From assembly GCA_036825195.1 (NCBI GenBank), contig DAISYQ010000012.1, positions 1,241-65,240 of the forward strand: DNA of 64,000 nucleotides, written 5' to 3'. A program made the position numbers and the translations under genes. Below, piece by piece: positions 1 to 10,169 of this stretch. Position 1 is the stretch's first letter. Every line of letters begins with the position of its first letter. The DNA comes from Syntrophales bacterium (GTDB lineage: Bacteria; Desulfobacterota; Syntrophia; Syntrophales; UBA2210). A model generated the notes under the pieces. That model ran no database searches. It saw only the letters and a list, made by a program, of their open reading frames with translations, and had not been told where the DNA came from.

Positions 1-87
1 ATGGAAAAGATGGAAGATAACGATGATGTCCAGCACGTATACGCAAATTTCGACATATCCGATGAATTAATGGAAAAACTCAGTTAA
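1..87 (+). CDS. YebC/PmpR-family transcriptional regulator, C-terminal fragment (gene starts upstream of window)
   Basis: Frame 1 is open from base 1 to TAA at 85-87. The tail ...EDNDDVQHVYANFDISDELMEKLS resembles the conserved YebC C-terminus. The gene sits in the common yebC-ruvCAB arrangement. Confidence 0.65.
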   Translation: MEKMEDNDDVQHVYANFDISDELMEKLS

Positions 88-101
88 CGATTTGGTTATA
101 C

Positions 102-581
102 ATGATAATATTAGGAATAGATCCGGGCACGAGGACGACGGGGTACGGAGTCGTTGAAACGGGCGAGAGGGGGGTCGTTAATAGGGCATATGGTGAAATT
201 CGGATGAAAAAAGGAGAACCGCTATCATCATGCCTGAAGAGAATATATAACCAATTGATAGAAATAATTACAGAATATGTGCCAGATGTCATAGCACTCG
301 AGGATATATTCTACGGAAAAAATGTAAAAAGCCTCATAAAGCTCGGTCAGGCCAGAGGCGTGGTGATACTTGCAGGTTCTCAAACCAACACTCCTCTATA
401 CGAATACACGCCTCTTGAAGTAAAGAAGGCAGTAGTGGGGTATGGAAGAGCGGAAAAAACACAGGTTCAACATATGGTGAGAGTGATACTCGCTCTCAAG
501 GAAACCCCTCCGCTGGATGCGTCTGATGCCCTTGCAATAGCCATTTGTCATTCAAACTTTTCAAAAGAGGTCCCCATCTGA
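102..581 (+). CDS. ruvC: crossover junction endodeoxyribonuclease RuvC
   Basis: 159-aa ORF. N-terminus MIILGIDPGTRTTGYGVVE carries the RuvC catalytic Asp motif. The gene directly abuts ruvA. Confidence 0.95.
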   Translation: MIILGIDPGTRTTGYGVVETGERGVVNRAYGEIRMKKGEPLSSCLKRIYNQLIEIITEYVPDVIALEDIFYGKNVKSLIKLGQARGVVILAGSQTNTPLYEYTPLEVKKAVVGYGRAEKTQVQHMVRVILALKETPPLDASDALAIAICHSNFSKEVPI

Positions 582-1178
582 ATGATTGCCAGTCTGAAAG
601 GTGTATTGTCCCATAAGTCTATTGAAAACATTATCATTGATGTCCACGGAATAGGCTGTAGTGTCGCTGTGCCGTTGAGTACCTTTTATAAACTTCCCGA
701 TACGGGGAGCCAAGTTGAGCTTGTCATTCATACCCACATAGCTCAGGATGCTATCAGACTCTTCGGCTTTCTGGATCACAGAGAGAGGGACATATTTCAG
801 TTGTTGATATCGGTCTCAGGGATTGGTCCGAGGCTGGCGATAAATATATTATCCGGTGTTTCACCGAAAGACCTGTCCGAGGCGATATTCGATGGAGACC
901 TTGCCAGACTTGTGGGTATCCCCGGGGTGGGTAAAAAAACGGCCGAGAGGATGATTTTTGAACTGAAGGATAAGATCACGAAACTGATTTCCGACAAAAT
1001 CTCAGCACCATCCCCTGGCACATCGGTGAAAAAGGACGCCCTATCGGCGTTGATCAACCTGGGATACAAAAACAGCGCCGCACAGGACGCTGTCGACAAG
1101 GTATCAGCGCGAGCCGAAGAAAGGCTGACGCTTGAAATACTCCTGACGGAATCGTTGAAGATGTTATCAGGAACGTAG
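582..1178 (+). CDS. ruvA: Holliday junction branch migration complex subunit RuvA
   Basis: 198-aa ORF starting right after the ruvC stop. Helix-hairpin-helix motifs [12 protein letters not shown] and [13 protein letters not shown] are present. It lies between ruvC and ruvB. Confidence 0.95.
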   Translation: MIASLKGVLSHKSIENIIIDVHGIGCSVAVPLSTFYKLPDTGSQVELVIHTHIAQDAIRLFGFLDHRERDIFQLLISVSGIGPRLAINILSGVSPKDLSEAIFDGDLARLVGIPGVGKKTAERMIFELKDKITKLISDKISAPSPGTSVKKDALSALINLGYKNSAAQDAVDKVSARAEERLTLEILLTESLKMLSGT

Positions 1179-1228
1179 GCTGTAGGTGTATTGTCTCAAT
1201 CAACAAAGAACATGCATGGTTATCCATT

Positions 1229-2248
1229 ATGAAGGCATCCGTCATAGACCCCGAGCAGTTGAACGAAGAAGAGAGTTATGAATACTCTCTTCGGCCAAAA
1301 ACCCTCAACGAATATGTAGGACAAAAAAAGATAAAGGAAAACATCTCGATCTTTACTGTGGCAGCAAAGGGCAGATGCGAGGCACTTGATCATGTCTTGC
1401 TGTATGGACCTCCCGGCCTCGGAAAAACGACCTTGGCCTATATCATGGCACGCGAGATGGGCGTGGACATAAAGGTAACGTCAGGTCCGGTTATAGACCG
1501 CCCCGGAGACTTGGCAGCCATCCTTACAAACCTGAAAGAGCATGACATGCTCTTCATAGATGAAATACACAGACTTCCCCATATCGTGGAAGAAATTCTT
1601 TATCCGGCGATGGAGGATTACTATATCGATATTCTTATCGGTCAGGGACCCTCTGCGCGGTCGATGAAACTGGATATTCCCCGATTTACCTTGGTGGGAG
1701 CAACCACAAGGGCGGGACTCTTAACCTCCCCGCTCCGGGACCGGTTTGGTATGAGTTTCAGGCTCGAATTCTACACTCCAGAAGAACTTTCGATTATCGT
1801 GGTGAGATCGGCTGATATCCTGTCGATACCGATTGATGATGCCGGAGCGCACGAGATAGCACGTCGTTCCAGGGGTACTCCGCGGATAGCGAACAGACTG
1901 CTCAAGCGGGTTCGTGATTTTGCTCAGGTACGGGCTGATGGAGTGATTACCGGGGAAGTGGCCAAGGATTCACTGGAAATGCTTGAGGTGGATGACAGAG
2001 GATTCGATTTTATGGACAGAAAGATACTATTGACTCTGATTGATAAATTCGAGGGCGGTCCCGTCGGCATCGACAGTCTTTCCTCTGCGATAGGAGAGGA
2101 GAGGAATACCATTGAAGATGTATATGAACCCTATCTCATCCAAGAAGGTTTTCTGCATCGAACGACAAGGGGAAGAGTGGTGACGAGGCTCGCCTGCGAA
2201 CATTTCGGTAGACCGTGGTCCGACAAGAACCAGAAAGAATTATTGTAA
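1229..2248 (+). CDS. ruvB: Holliday junction branch migration DNA helicase RuvB
   Basis: 339-aa ORF with Walker [12 protein letters not shown], Walker [11 protein letters not shown] and sensor/arginine region [18 protein letters not shown]. Confidence 0.97.
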   Translation: MKASVIDPEQLNEEESYEYSLRPKTLNEYVGQKKIKENISIFTVAAKGRCEALDHVLLYGPPGLGKTTLAYIMAREMGVDIKVTSGPVIDRPGDLAAILTNLKEHDMLFIDEIHRLPHIVEEILYPAMEDYYIDILIGQGPSARSMKLDIPRFTLVGATTRAGLLTSPLRDRFGMSFRLEFYTPEELSIIVVRSADILSIPIDDAGAHEIARRSRGTPRIANRLLKRVRDFAQVRADGVITGEVAKDSLEMLEVDDRGFDFMDRKILLTLIDKFEGGPVGIDSLSSAIGEERNTIEDVYEPYLIQEGFLHRTTRGRVVTRLACEHFGRPWSDKNQKELL

Positions 2249-2326
2249 GTTTCCGTAATCGGTTTGTTTGGAAAACAGAAGCCGGGAACCAAGGTTGGAG
2301 TCTTTGTTCCCGAGTAGGTATGTCCT

Positions 2327-2872
2327 ATGAAAATACTTCTTCACATTTGCTGCGCGCCGTGTGCCATCTATTCGCTGGATACCTTGAGAAGAGATGGGCA
2401 CGAGGTCACAGGAATCTTCTATAACCCGAATATTCATCCCTATACCGAATATAAGAGAAGACTCGATACGGTAATAGAATATTCTCAACATATGGGGATG
2501 AGGCTTATACGATTTGATGATTATCCCTTGGAGGAATTTCTCAGAGGAGCGGTCTTCAGAGAAGAGATGAGGTGTAGGTACTGCTATCACGTGCGCATGA
2601 AATATACCGCACACATCGCGAAAAAGGGTAAATTTGACCGCTTCACCACCACACTTCTCTATAGCATATACCAAGATCACGATCTCCTGAAAGATCTGGG
2701 CGAAAATCTTGGGAAAGAATTTGGGGTAGGATTTCATTACCATGATTTCCGGAAGGGCTGGAAGGAGGGAATTCGGGTATCAAAGGAGATGGGTATGTAC
2801 CGGCAACAGTACTGTGGATGCATTTACAGCGAAAAGGAACGATTTTATAAAACCCCCTCGGACAAAACATAA
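2327..2872 (+). CDS. queH: epoxyqueuosine reductase QueH (DUF208)
   Basis: 181-aa ORF. N-terminal LLHICCAPC and C-terminal QQYCGCIYS cysteine motifs are characteristic of QueH. Confidence 0.85.
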   Translation: MKILLHICCAPCAIYSLDTLRRDGHEVTGIFYNPNIHPYTEYKRRLDTVIEYSQHMGMRLIRFDDYPLEEFLRGAVFREEMRCRYCYHVRMKYTAHIAKKGKFDRFTTTLLYSIYQDHDLLKDLGENLGKEFGVGFHYHDFRKGWKEGIRVSKEMGMYRQQYCGCIYSEKERFYKTPSDKT

Positions 2873-3056
2873 GTGTGGCTTTTTCGACACATTCATTGAA
2901 GGCTCATCTTGACTGTTATTTTCGATCATTATAACTATTTGTAATAATCTTTTTTGTGTTAATGGGTTATGCCGCAGACTGGATGATTGGTTTTCTGCTG
3001 TCGAACCTGGTACGGTTATTGCTTTTGTATATATCTCCATACGAAAAGGAGACTCG

Positions 3057-3998
3057 ATGTATATACAAAAGACTATTGAAAAAGAAATACACTGCAAGAG
3101 CGTGGGTCTACACTCAGGCAGAAAAATAAATATGACTATTAAACCGGCGGGTGTTGATGAAGGGATCGTATTCTACCGAAGCGATTTGCCGGGGAGCGAA
3201 GGGATTCGGGCTGAACCCACCAATGTATCTGACACGACACTGGCAACGACTCTCGGAACGAACGGGACCCGTGTTTCCACGGTTGAACACCTTCTTTCCG
3301 CTCTTTTCGGAATGGGAATAGATAACGCGATAATAGAAACAGATTCCTTTGAAATTCCGATTATGGATGGCAGTTCTTTGCCGTTTGTCGCTTTTCTTAA
3401 GGATGCGGGTATCAAATCCCAGGGCAAGTCAAAAAGATTTGTGAGGATAAAAAAACCTGTGTCTGTTTCCGATAATGAAGGGAGAGTGGCCATTCTCCCC
3501 TTTCCCGAATTCAGGATCACCTACGATATAGATTTCAGTCATCCTGTGATCGGGAAACAGTCCTATGACCTGCTATTCTCCAATAACACATATGAGAATA
3601 ATATCTGTTCGGCCCGAACATTCGGATTTCTTCAGGAGGTTGAATATCTCCAGGCGAAGGGACTTGCCCTCGGAGGTTCTCTGAATAATGCAATTGTCCT
3701 GGACGATGAGAAGGTTATCAACAAGGAGGGTCTTCGGTTTCCCGATGAATTTGTGAAACACAAGGTGCTGGATGCAATTGGTGATCTGTCCCTTCTCGGG
3801 ATGCCTATTATCGGTCATTTTGTGGCATATAAATCCGGCCACCGGTTAAATAATCTTCTCCTGAGAAAACTCTTGGATCAGAGGGAATGTTGGGAGATGA
3901 TCCACTATTTTAATGGAGAACGTGAAGTTTTCGACGAGATAATCGATACCCGTCCCCATGACGAACCGAATGATGTCGTGTCTCTTGCCGGAAGTTAA
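3057..3998 (+). CDS. lpxC: UDP-3-O-acyl-N-acetylglucosamine deacetylase
   Basis: 313-aa ORF with GLHSG, STVEHLLSALFGMGIDN, HKVLDAIGDL and AYKSGH motifs of LpxC. Confidence 0.95.
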   Translation: MYIQKTIEKEIHCKSVGLHSGRKINMTIKPAGVDEGIVFYRSDLPGSEGIRAEPTNVSDTTLATTLGTNGTRVSTVEHLLSALFGMGIDNAIIETDSFEIPIMDGSSLPFVAFLKDAGIKSQGKSKRFVRIKKPVSVSDNEGRVAILPFPEFRITYDIDFSHPVIGKQSYDLLFSNNTYENNICSARTFGFLQEVEYLQAKGLALGGSLNNAIVLDDEKVINKEGLRFPDEFVKHKVLDAIGDLSLLGMPIIGHFVAYKSGHRLNNLLLRKLLDQRECWEMIHYFNGEREVFDEIIDTRPHDEPNDVVSLAGS

Positions 3999-4115
3999 CC
4001 GGCTACCCTCCAAATAAGCCTTGCTTTTTGGGCTGCCTTTTCTTAGTATATTCCGGTACTAAAGCTTGAATTCCTTTCAAGACTATCAGGCTTGACAGAC
4101 CGGAGATCAAATTAC

Positions 4116-4667
4116 ATGCGTAGTGGCAAGTTTCTCATATTCTTAGCATTCCTTTTCCTTTTGCCGAACGAATCATTGGCATCTAAAGCACGGGTGACAG
4201 ACCTGCTAATAACCAACACGTCCGATAATCTGCTTGTGTATCTGAAGGTGGAAAATTGTTTTACTGAAAAAATAGAAAAGGCGATACTGGCAGGAATCCC
4301 GACCACCTTTACCTTCATGTTGGAATTATATCAGGAACGGCGGTATTGGGTGGATAAACGGGTATCGTTTCTTGAGGTACAGCATACGATCAAATACGAT
4401 AATGTTAAAAAGATTCTGTATGTTGCACTTGATGGAAAGCAACCGGAACAGTTTAAAGAATTTTCAAGGGCGAAAATGGCAATGTCCGAACTGAACGGTG
4501 CTGTTTTTACACCTCTACAGCAGTTGACAAAAGGTAACAGATACTACCTGAGAGTGAAGGCAAAGCTTGAGGAAGTACGCCTGCCGCTGCATCTGGAATA
4601 CGTCTTCTTCTTTGTTTCTCTGTGGGATTTCGAAACGGACTGGCTAAAACAGGAATTTGTGTATTAA
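4116..4667 (+). CDS. DUF4390-like periplasmic protein (partner of the downstream NtrY/NtrX-like system)
   Basis: The ORF is open from 4092. ATG 4116 gives MRSGKFLIFLAFLFLLPNESLA, a signal peptide. Size and position directly upstream of the kinase/regulator pair match the DUF4390 family. The family call is from memory of the synteny, not a search. Confidence 0.6.
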   Translation: MRSGKFLIFLAFLFLLPNESLASKARVTDLLITNTSDNLLVYLKVENCFTEKIEKAILAGIPTTFTFMLELYQERRYWVDKRVSFLEVQHTIKYDNVKKILYVALDGKQPEQFKEFSRAKMAMSELNGAVFTPLQQLTKGNRYYLRVKAKLEEVRLPLHLEYVFFFVSLWDFETDWLKQEFVY

Positions 4668-4770
4668 TGATACTCGGTCTTCAACAGGCCCCTTGGGGCG
4701 ATGCCATTGCAAGCCCAACCTGTCCAGATAACAGGTGTACAAATATGCTATCTGACATAGCGGTAAACAG

Positions 4771-6966
4771 ATGAATACGAATGAAGAAAAACGACGCCGC
4801 AGAGAACGAATTGCAATAGTAGTAGTCATAGCTATCATCATTGTTCTCACCTATATAGAAAGCAACCTTTCCAGCATGGATGTCCTGTTACCGATATCAA
4901 ACGAAGTGCTGATATTCGGCCTGATTAATATCAACCTTATCCTCGTTATTCTCCTTATTTTCCTTATTTCAAGAAATCTGACCAAACTCATATTTGAACG
5001 GAGAAGGGGGGTCCTGGGATCGAAGCTCAGGACAAAGCTGGTCGTAGCCTTTATGAGTCTCTCTCTGATACCTACGATCACGCTTCTCCTGGTCTCCATT
5101 CAATTCCTTTCATATAGCGTGGACAGCTGGTTCGACACGAAGATGGGCCGGGCATTCAATCTGTCTCTTGAGGTCGCTCAGGATTACTACCAGCAATTTT
5201 CCGACAACGCGAAATACTATGCGCAACAGATCGGGTCCGAAATAACCGACAACAAGTTATATGAGAATGAGCAGACAGAGTATCTGAAGGCTTTTTTGAC
5301 GCAGAGGCAGAAATATTTTAATCTTGGGTCCATAACCGTTCGCTTCGATAACCGTGAGGGAGAACTGTTTCTCAAGGACCCGGGCAATCCCGATATCTTA
5401 CCCTCTCAATTTTCTCCCAAGGTTTTGGAAGATGTCTTTATGGGAAAAAATCTTTCAATCGTGCAGTCTGTCGGGGGGGGAGATATGGTAAGTGGCATAG
5501 CTCCGGTATATTCAAATCTCAGCCCCAAGGAAGTTCTGGGAATCATAGCCGTCAGTTATTATATAGACAAGATCTTGAGTGAGAAGATGTCTATTATCTC
5601 GAGAACTTCCGAAGAGTACGAACAGCTCAGACTGTTAAAAAATCCGATAAAGTTCAGTTACATTATCACCCTCTTCATCGTGACCCTCCTGATCATCTTT
5701 TCCTCGATGTGGTTTGGCCTTTTCCTGGCAAAGGGAATTACCGTTCCCATCCAGGAGCTTGCTGAGGCAACCCATGAAGTTGCCCACGGCAATCTTGATT
5801 ACCACATAGATGTTCTGGCGGAAGACGAGATAGGAGTCCTGGCGGATTCCTTTAATCAGATGACGAAAGATCTCAAGACAAGCAGTCTCGAGCTGGAACA
5901 GGTCAATGTGGACCTCAAGCAACGCGGGAAATACATAGAGACAGTGCTTCGCAATGTTTCAGCCGGTGTTGTTTCCATCGACAGAGACGATGTAGTCAGC
6001 ACAATAAACAATGCCGCTGAAAAGATGCTGGATATCAAAAGGGAGGAGATCATAGGCAGGAAATATGGAGATGTCTTGAGCCCGGAACATATGATTATGG
6101 TACGAGGACTTCGGGATGAGTTGACTTCGAGTGATAGTGGTTTTGTGGAGAGACAGATTCAATTGACGGTCAGAGATAAGGTGATTGTGATTTTGGTATC
6201 GGCGACGCTTCTGAGAGGGGATGATAACAACTATATGGGTGTGGTGGCCGTCTTTGAAGATCTGACCCAGCTTCAGAAGACTGAGCGTATCGCCGCGTGG
6301 AGAGAAGCTGCAAAGAGGATAGCACATGAAATAAAAAATCCTCTGACGCCCGTCAGATTGAGCGCAGAGAGGTTACAACGGAAATATGGAGATAAGATAG
6401 AAGAAAAAACAGATTCTGTGTTTCACGAATGTACGCGGACCATAATCGGTCAAGTGGATGTCTTACAGAATCTGGTCAATGAATTTTCGCGATTCGCGAG
6501 ATTGCCTGTGACAAATCCATCCCCGAATGATCTGAATGCGGTGGTTGAAGACTCCGTAATCCTTTTCCAAGATGCTCACAAAGAGGTGGCTTTCGAATTC
6601 AGGAAAGACACCAGTGTGCCCGTATTGAATATTGATGCGGAGCAGATCAAGCGGGTAATGGTCAATCTCTTGGATAACGCGGTTGCAGCCGTGTCATCGT
6701 TGAACCGCAAGGGAAAGGTTGAAATCAGCACCTATTATGATAAGAAGCACAGCAAAGTCACGGTAGATGTCGGAGACAACGGACCCGGCATTTCACCGGA
6801 GAACAAGAAGAAACTGTTTGAACCCTACTTTTCCACCAAAAAGACGGGGACGGGACTCGGGCTTGTCATTGTCAGTTCAATCATGTCCGACCATAACGGT
6901 TCTGTAACCGTAGCGGATAATATACGGGGAGGGACGATCGTATCCATTGAATTGCCTGTTGTATAG
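4771..6966 (+). CDS. membrane sensor histidine kinase with HAMP and PAS domains (NtrY-like)
   Basis: 731-aa ORF with N-terminal multi-TM region, HAMP-like linker, PAS region, H-box HEIKNPLTPV, N-box LLDNAV, and G-boxes DNGPGI and GTGLGL. Confidence 0.9.
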   Translation: MNTNEEKRRRRERIAIVVVIAIIIVLTYIESNLSSMDVLLPISNEVLIFGLININLILVILLIFLISRNLTKLIFERRRGVLGSKLRTKLVVAFMSLSLIPTITLLLVSIQFLSYSVDSWFDTKMGRAFNLSLEVAQDYYQQFSDNAKYYAQQIGSEITDNKLYENEQTEYLKAFLTQRQKYFNLGSITVRFDNREGELFLKDPGNPDILPSQFSPKVLEDVFMGKNLSIVQSVGGGDMVSGIAPVYSNLSPKEVLGIIAVSYYIDKILSEKMSIISRTSEEYEQLRLLKNPIKFSYIITLFIVTLLIIFSSMWFGLFLAKGITVPIQELAEATHEVAHGNLDYHIDVLAEDEIGVLADSFNQMTKDLKTSSLELEQVNVDLKQRGKYIETVLRNVSAGVVSIDRDDVVSTINNAAEKMLDIKREEIIGRKYGDVLSPEHMIMVRGLRDELTSSDSGFVERQIQLTVRDKVIVILVSATLLRGDDNNYMGVVAVFEDLTQLQKTERIAAWREAAKRIAHEIKNPLTPVRLSAERLQRKYGDKIEEKTDSVFHECTRTIIGQVDVLQNLVNEFSRFARLPVTNPSPNDLNAVVEDSVILFQDAHKEVAFEFRKDTSVPVLNIDAEQIKRVMVNLLDNAVAAVSSLNRKGKVEISTYYDKKHSKVTVDVGDNGPGISPENKKKLFEPYFSTKKTGTGLGLVIVSSIMSDHNGSVTVADNIRGGTIVSIELPVV

Positions 6967-6974
6967 GATTGATT

Positions 6975-8333
6975 ATGAACGAGATAATACTGGTTGTAGA
7001 TGATGAAGAAAGTATCTGCCTTTCGTTGAAGGGAATCCTTTCGGATGAAGGGTATGAGGTGCTGACCGCATACAGCGGAGAAGAGTGTCTCGATATCATA
7101 GAAGAAGAGCGTCCCAGTCTTGTACTCCTGGATATATGGCTTCCGGGGATTGACGGTATTGAAACACTGAAACGTATCAAGTCAAGATATCCGAATATGC
7201 AGGTGATAATGATATCCGGACATGGAACGGTTGAATCTGCGGTGGCGACGACGAAACTCGGGGCCTTTGATTTCATAGAGAAACCATTGTCTCTAGACAA
7301 GATTGTCCTTGTTGTCGATCACGCGCTGGATATTGTACGGCTGGAAGAAGAAAACAAGCTGTTGAAAGATGGGTATAGCTACGAAATTGACGGAAACAGC
7401 AAGAAGATTATCGAATTAAAGGAGATGATACAGATCATTTCTCCGACCAATGCGTGGATCCTGATTATGGGTGAGAATGGAACGGGAAAAGAACTGGTTG
7501 CCCGATCGATACACCGACAAAGTCGCCGCTCCGGTAAACCCTTTATAGAGGTGAACTGTGCGGCCATACCTGAAGAATTGATAGAGAGCGAACTCTTCGG
7601 GCATGAGAAGGGGGCCTTTACCGGGGCTACGGAGAAGAAGAGGGGGAAATTCGATCTCGCAAACAAGGGAACCATCTTTCTCGACGAGGTCGCGGATATG
7701 AGCCTGAAAGCCCAGGCAAAAATCTTGAGGATCCTGCAGGAGAAAAAATTTGAGAGAGTTGGGGGGACGAAGATCATCGATACCGATGTACGCGTGCTGG
7801 CTGCAACCAATAAGGATCTCGAATATGAAATGGAGAAGGGAAAATTCAGACAGGATCTGTATTACCGATTAAATGTCATCCCTCTTGAGATTCCTCCTCT
7901 CAGAGACAGACTGGAAGATATTCCACTCCTTGTGAACCGTTTCCTCAAGGGGTATTCTCTGAAGGAGTCGAATACGGAAAAACGTATTGCCGATGATGCC
8001 CTCGAAGTGCTTATGGAGCATACCTGGCCCGGTAATGTGAGAGAATTGAAGAATATCATTGAACGGCTGGTCATCACATCACCATCGGATGTCATTACCG
8101 CCGATGACATACCTCTCTTGTCGAGGGAGCTTCATAAAGCCCGGCACGCCGATCTTTCTGATGATGCATATTCTTTCAAGGAGGCGAAGGAGGAGTTTGA
8201 AAAGGACTTCATCGCTAGAAAACTTATGGAAAACAACTGGAACGTGAAAAAAACGGCTGAATCCATAGGCTTGGAGAGAAGCAATCTGCACAAGAAAATT
8301 AAGATCTACGGACTCGATGTCATGAAGGATTAA
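6975..8333 (+). CDS. sigma54-dependent response regulator (NtrX/NtrC family)
   Basis: Receiver domain (ILVVDDEE, LVLLDIWLPG). AAA+ domain with Walker A GENGTGKE and the GAFTGA sigma54-contact loop. C-terminal Fis-type HTH. An alternative TTG start lies at 6969. Confidence 0.92.
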   Translation: MNEIILVVDDEESICLSLKGILSDEGYEVLTAYSGEECLDIIEEERPSLVLLDIWLPGIDGIETLKRIKSRYPNMQVIMISGHGTVESAVATTKLGAFDFIEKPLSLDKIVLVVDHALDIVRLEEENKLLKDGYSYEIDGNSKKIIELKEMIQIISPTNAWILIMGENGTGKELVARSIHRQSRRSGKPFIEVNCAAIPEELIESELFGHEKGAFTGATEKKRGKFDLANKGTIFLDEVADMSLKAQAKILRILQEKKFERVGGTKIIDTDVRVLAATNKDLEYEMEKGKFRQDLYYRLNVIPLEIPPLRDRLEDIPLLVNRFLKGYSLKESNTEKRIADDALEVLMEHTWPGNVRELKNIIERLVITSPSDVITADDIPLLSRELHKARHADLSDDAYSFKEAKEEFEKDFIARKLMENNWNVKKTAESIGLERSNLHKKIKIYGLDVMKD

Positions 8334-8526
8334 TAGTGACCCCTCAGGGCAGAGGTGTCGCCCTTCCCCTCCGCCTCGATCGGCGCTCTTGCATAAAAAA
8401 GGTATCAGAGGGGCTTATGACAAATCCAGAGCGTACGTCTTATGAGGGGCGGTAACATAAAGAAACGCCCGGCCTACAGGAAACATGCGGTAGGGAAGAT
8501 GTCTCCAATGCCGGGCGATGTTTCGG

Positions 8527-8925
8527 TTACATATTCGACAGATAATCGGAAACCTTGTCGTGCAGGCGTTGTGATGCAGGTCGATCTCCAATGATGCCGA
8601 CCCTGATGGCGACGGTAGTCTGATTTTTAGCCTTATATTCAACGTTGAAACAGACCTCCTCGCCATCTATGACAGCATTGATTGTACCCTTGCTTATCTC
8701 CTTTACAGGAACCACATCCGTCGCATGCATGGAGGCCACGGTTTTTTCGCAGGCGCTCCATGTTTTATCGAATGAGTAGTGATAATCCGTGGTTAATTCG
8801 CCCTTTGTGTAAAGATATGCGCCTGTTCCTCCCGTGACCGCGGCGCCCCCTACGACGAGGGGTGCGCAACCCGAACACATGACGGCGCCAATTATCAGAA
8901 TCACAAGTCCTTTAACTCTCTTCAT
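8527..8925 (-). CDS. small lipoprotein (DUF3568-like)
   Basis: 132-aa ORF with signal peptide and lipobox LIIGAVMCSGC. The family name is recalled from similar Gly-rich N-termini and is not verified. Confidence 0.6.
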   Translation of the reverse strand: MKRVKGLVILIIGAVMCSGCAPLVVGGAAVTGGTGAYLYTKGELTTDYHYSFDKTWSACEKTVASMHATDVVPVKEISKGTINAVIDGEEVCFNVEYKAKNQTTVAIRVGIIGDRPASQRLHDKVSDYLSNM

Positions 8926-9259
8926 ATCTATATCCTTTCAACTCAGCTTTCAGATTATCCTGTGTATTTTCTCCCTCCGGGAACCCCGGCTCTTCACTGA
9001 CATATGAATAATGCCCCTCCTGATGAGAACTATTACCACATCTTGCCTCGACATTAAACCGTAAATATCTCCGGCCGAGATGGTCATTACCGATTATGAA
9101 ATTGTGCCGTTCAGTGATCATCCAGATTTTTTACCGGACTGCACGGGGATGTACCCAAGAAATACGATAACGGATGGTTCATACATGAATCATGCAATGA
9201 ATAAACGGGATCATGATCATACTTTGAAATTTATGCGTATCTGGTGTAAGGTCCCGCAC

Positions 9260-10153
9260 ATGAAGACGCATACGCTTATTATCTGCTCGATACTGATGAT
9301 GCTTTGTCCCGTGTGTCTGAACGCCACCCTGATAGTCACCCCGACAGATGAAGGAAAAGTAGTCATCCGTTCGGAATATCGCAGCCTCTGTCAGGGAGAG
9401 GTCGTAAAGATATCCCTGCAATCACCCGTACCGGTCTCTGCCGTATTGTCCTTTGACGGACACGAATACCCTTTTGTCTCGGATGATAAGAGGCTGAGAC
9501 ATTTTAGCCTCATAGCACTCGGGCTCGACATGGAGCCGGGAATATATGATGTTGTGGCTCACCTTGAATCCTCCCATGGCATGATACACGACATCCCCTT
9601 TAAACTTGCTTTGTCAGAAAAATCGTTCCCTACGAAGAGGATAACGGTAGCCCGGCGCTTTACCAGTCCGGTCCCGGCGGATATGAGAAGAATACAGAAC
9701 GAGGAAGATCTGTTGCGCCGTATCTATGGGAAATCATCCCTGCGCTGGTTGGGAAACGGCAGATTTATCATGCCGCTGGAGGGGAAAACAGGGAGTCTGT
9801 TCGGTGAACAGCGGATCTTTAACGAGAAAGTTGTGTCGCGCCACCGTGGAATCGATATCCGTTCGCCCCACGGGGCATCCATCACGGCTTCCAATTCGGG
9901 GGAGGTGGTCCTGGCCCGCGATCTTTATTATTCCGGTAATACCGTTATCATCGATCATGGCATCGGCCTTTTCTCCATCTATTGCCATATGTCGAAGATA
10001 CGTGTCCGCGAAGGCGCCTTTGTTGGTAAGGGAGAACCCATTGGATATACGGGCTCGACCGGAAGATCTACCGGACCCCACCTGCACTGGGGATTAAAGT
10101 TGGCCGGCATATATGCCGACCCCCTCTCCATCCTTGCTCTTGAATTTGATTGA
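9260..10153 (+). CDS. M23 family metallopeptidase
   Basis: The ORF is open from 9080, but ATG 9260 gives a signal peptide MKTHTLIICSILMMLCPVCLNA. C-terminal LytM motifs HRGIDI and GSTGRSTGPHLHW are present. Confidence 0.85.
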   Translation: MKTHTLIICSILMMLCPVCLNATLIVTPTDEGKVVIRSEYRSLCQGEVVKISLQSPVPVSAVLSFDGHEYPFVSDDKRLRHFSLIALGLDMEPGIYDVVAHLESSHGMIHDIPFKLALSEKSFPTKRITVARRFTSPVPADMRRIQNEEDLLRRIYGKSSLRWLGNGRFIMPLEGKTGSLFGEQRIFNEKVVSRHRGIDIRSPHGASITASNSGEVVLARDLYYSGNTVIIDHGIGLFSIYCHMSKIRVREGAFVGKGEPIGYTGSTGRSTGPHLHWGLKLAGIYADPLSILALEFD

Positions 10154-10169
10154 TATACGTTCCTTATAA

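Noticed and set aside
9080-9259. 60-codon N-terminal extension of the M23 peptidase ORF
   Set aside because: A signal peptide appears only from ATG 9260. The extension has no features and would bury the signal sequence.
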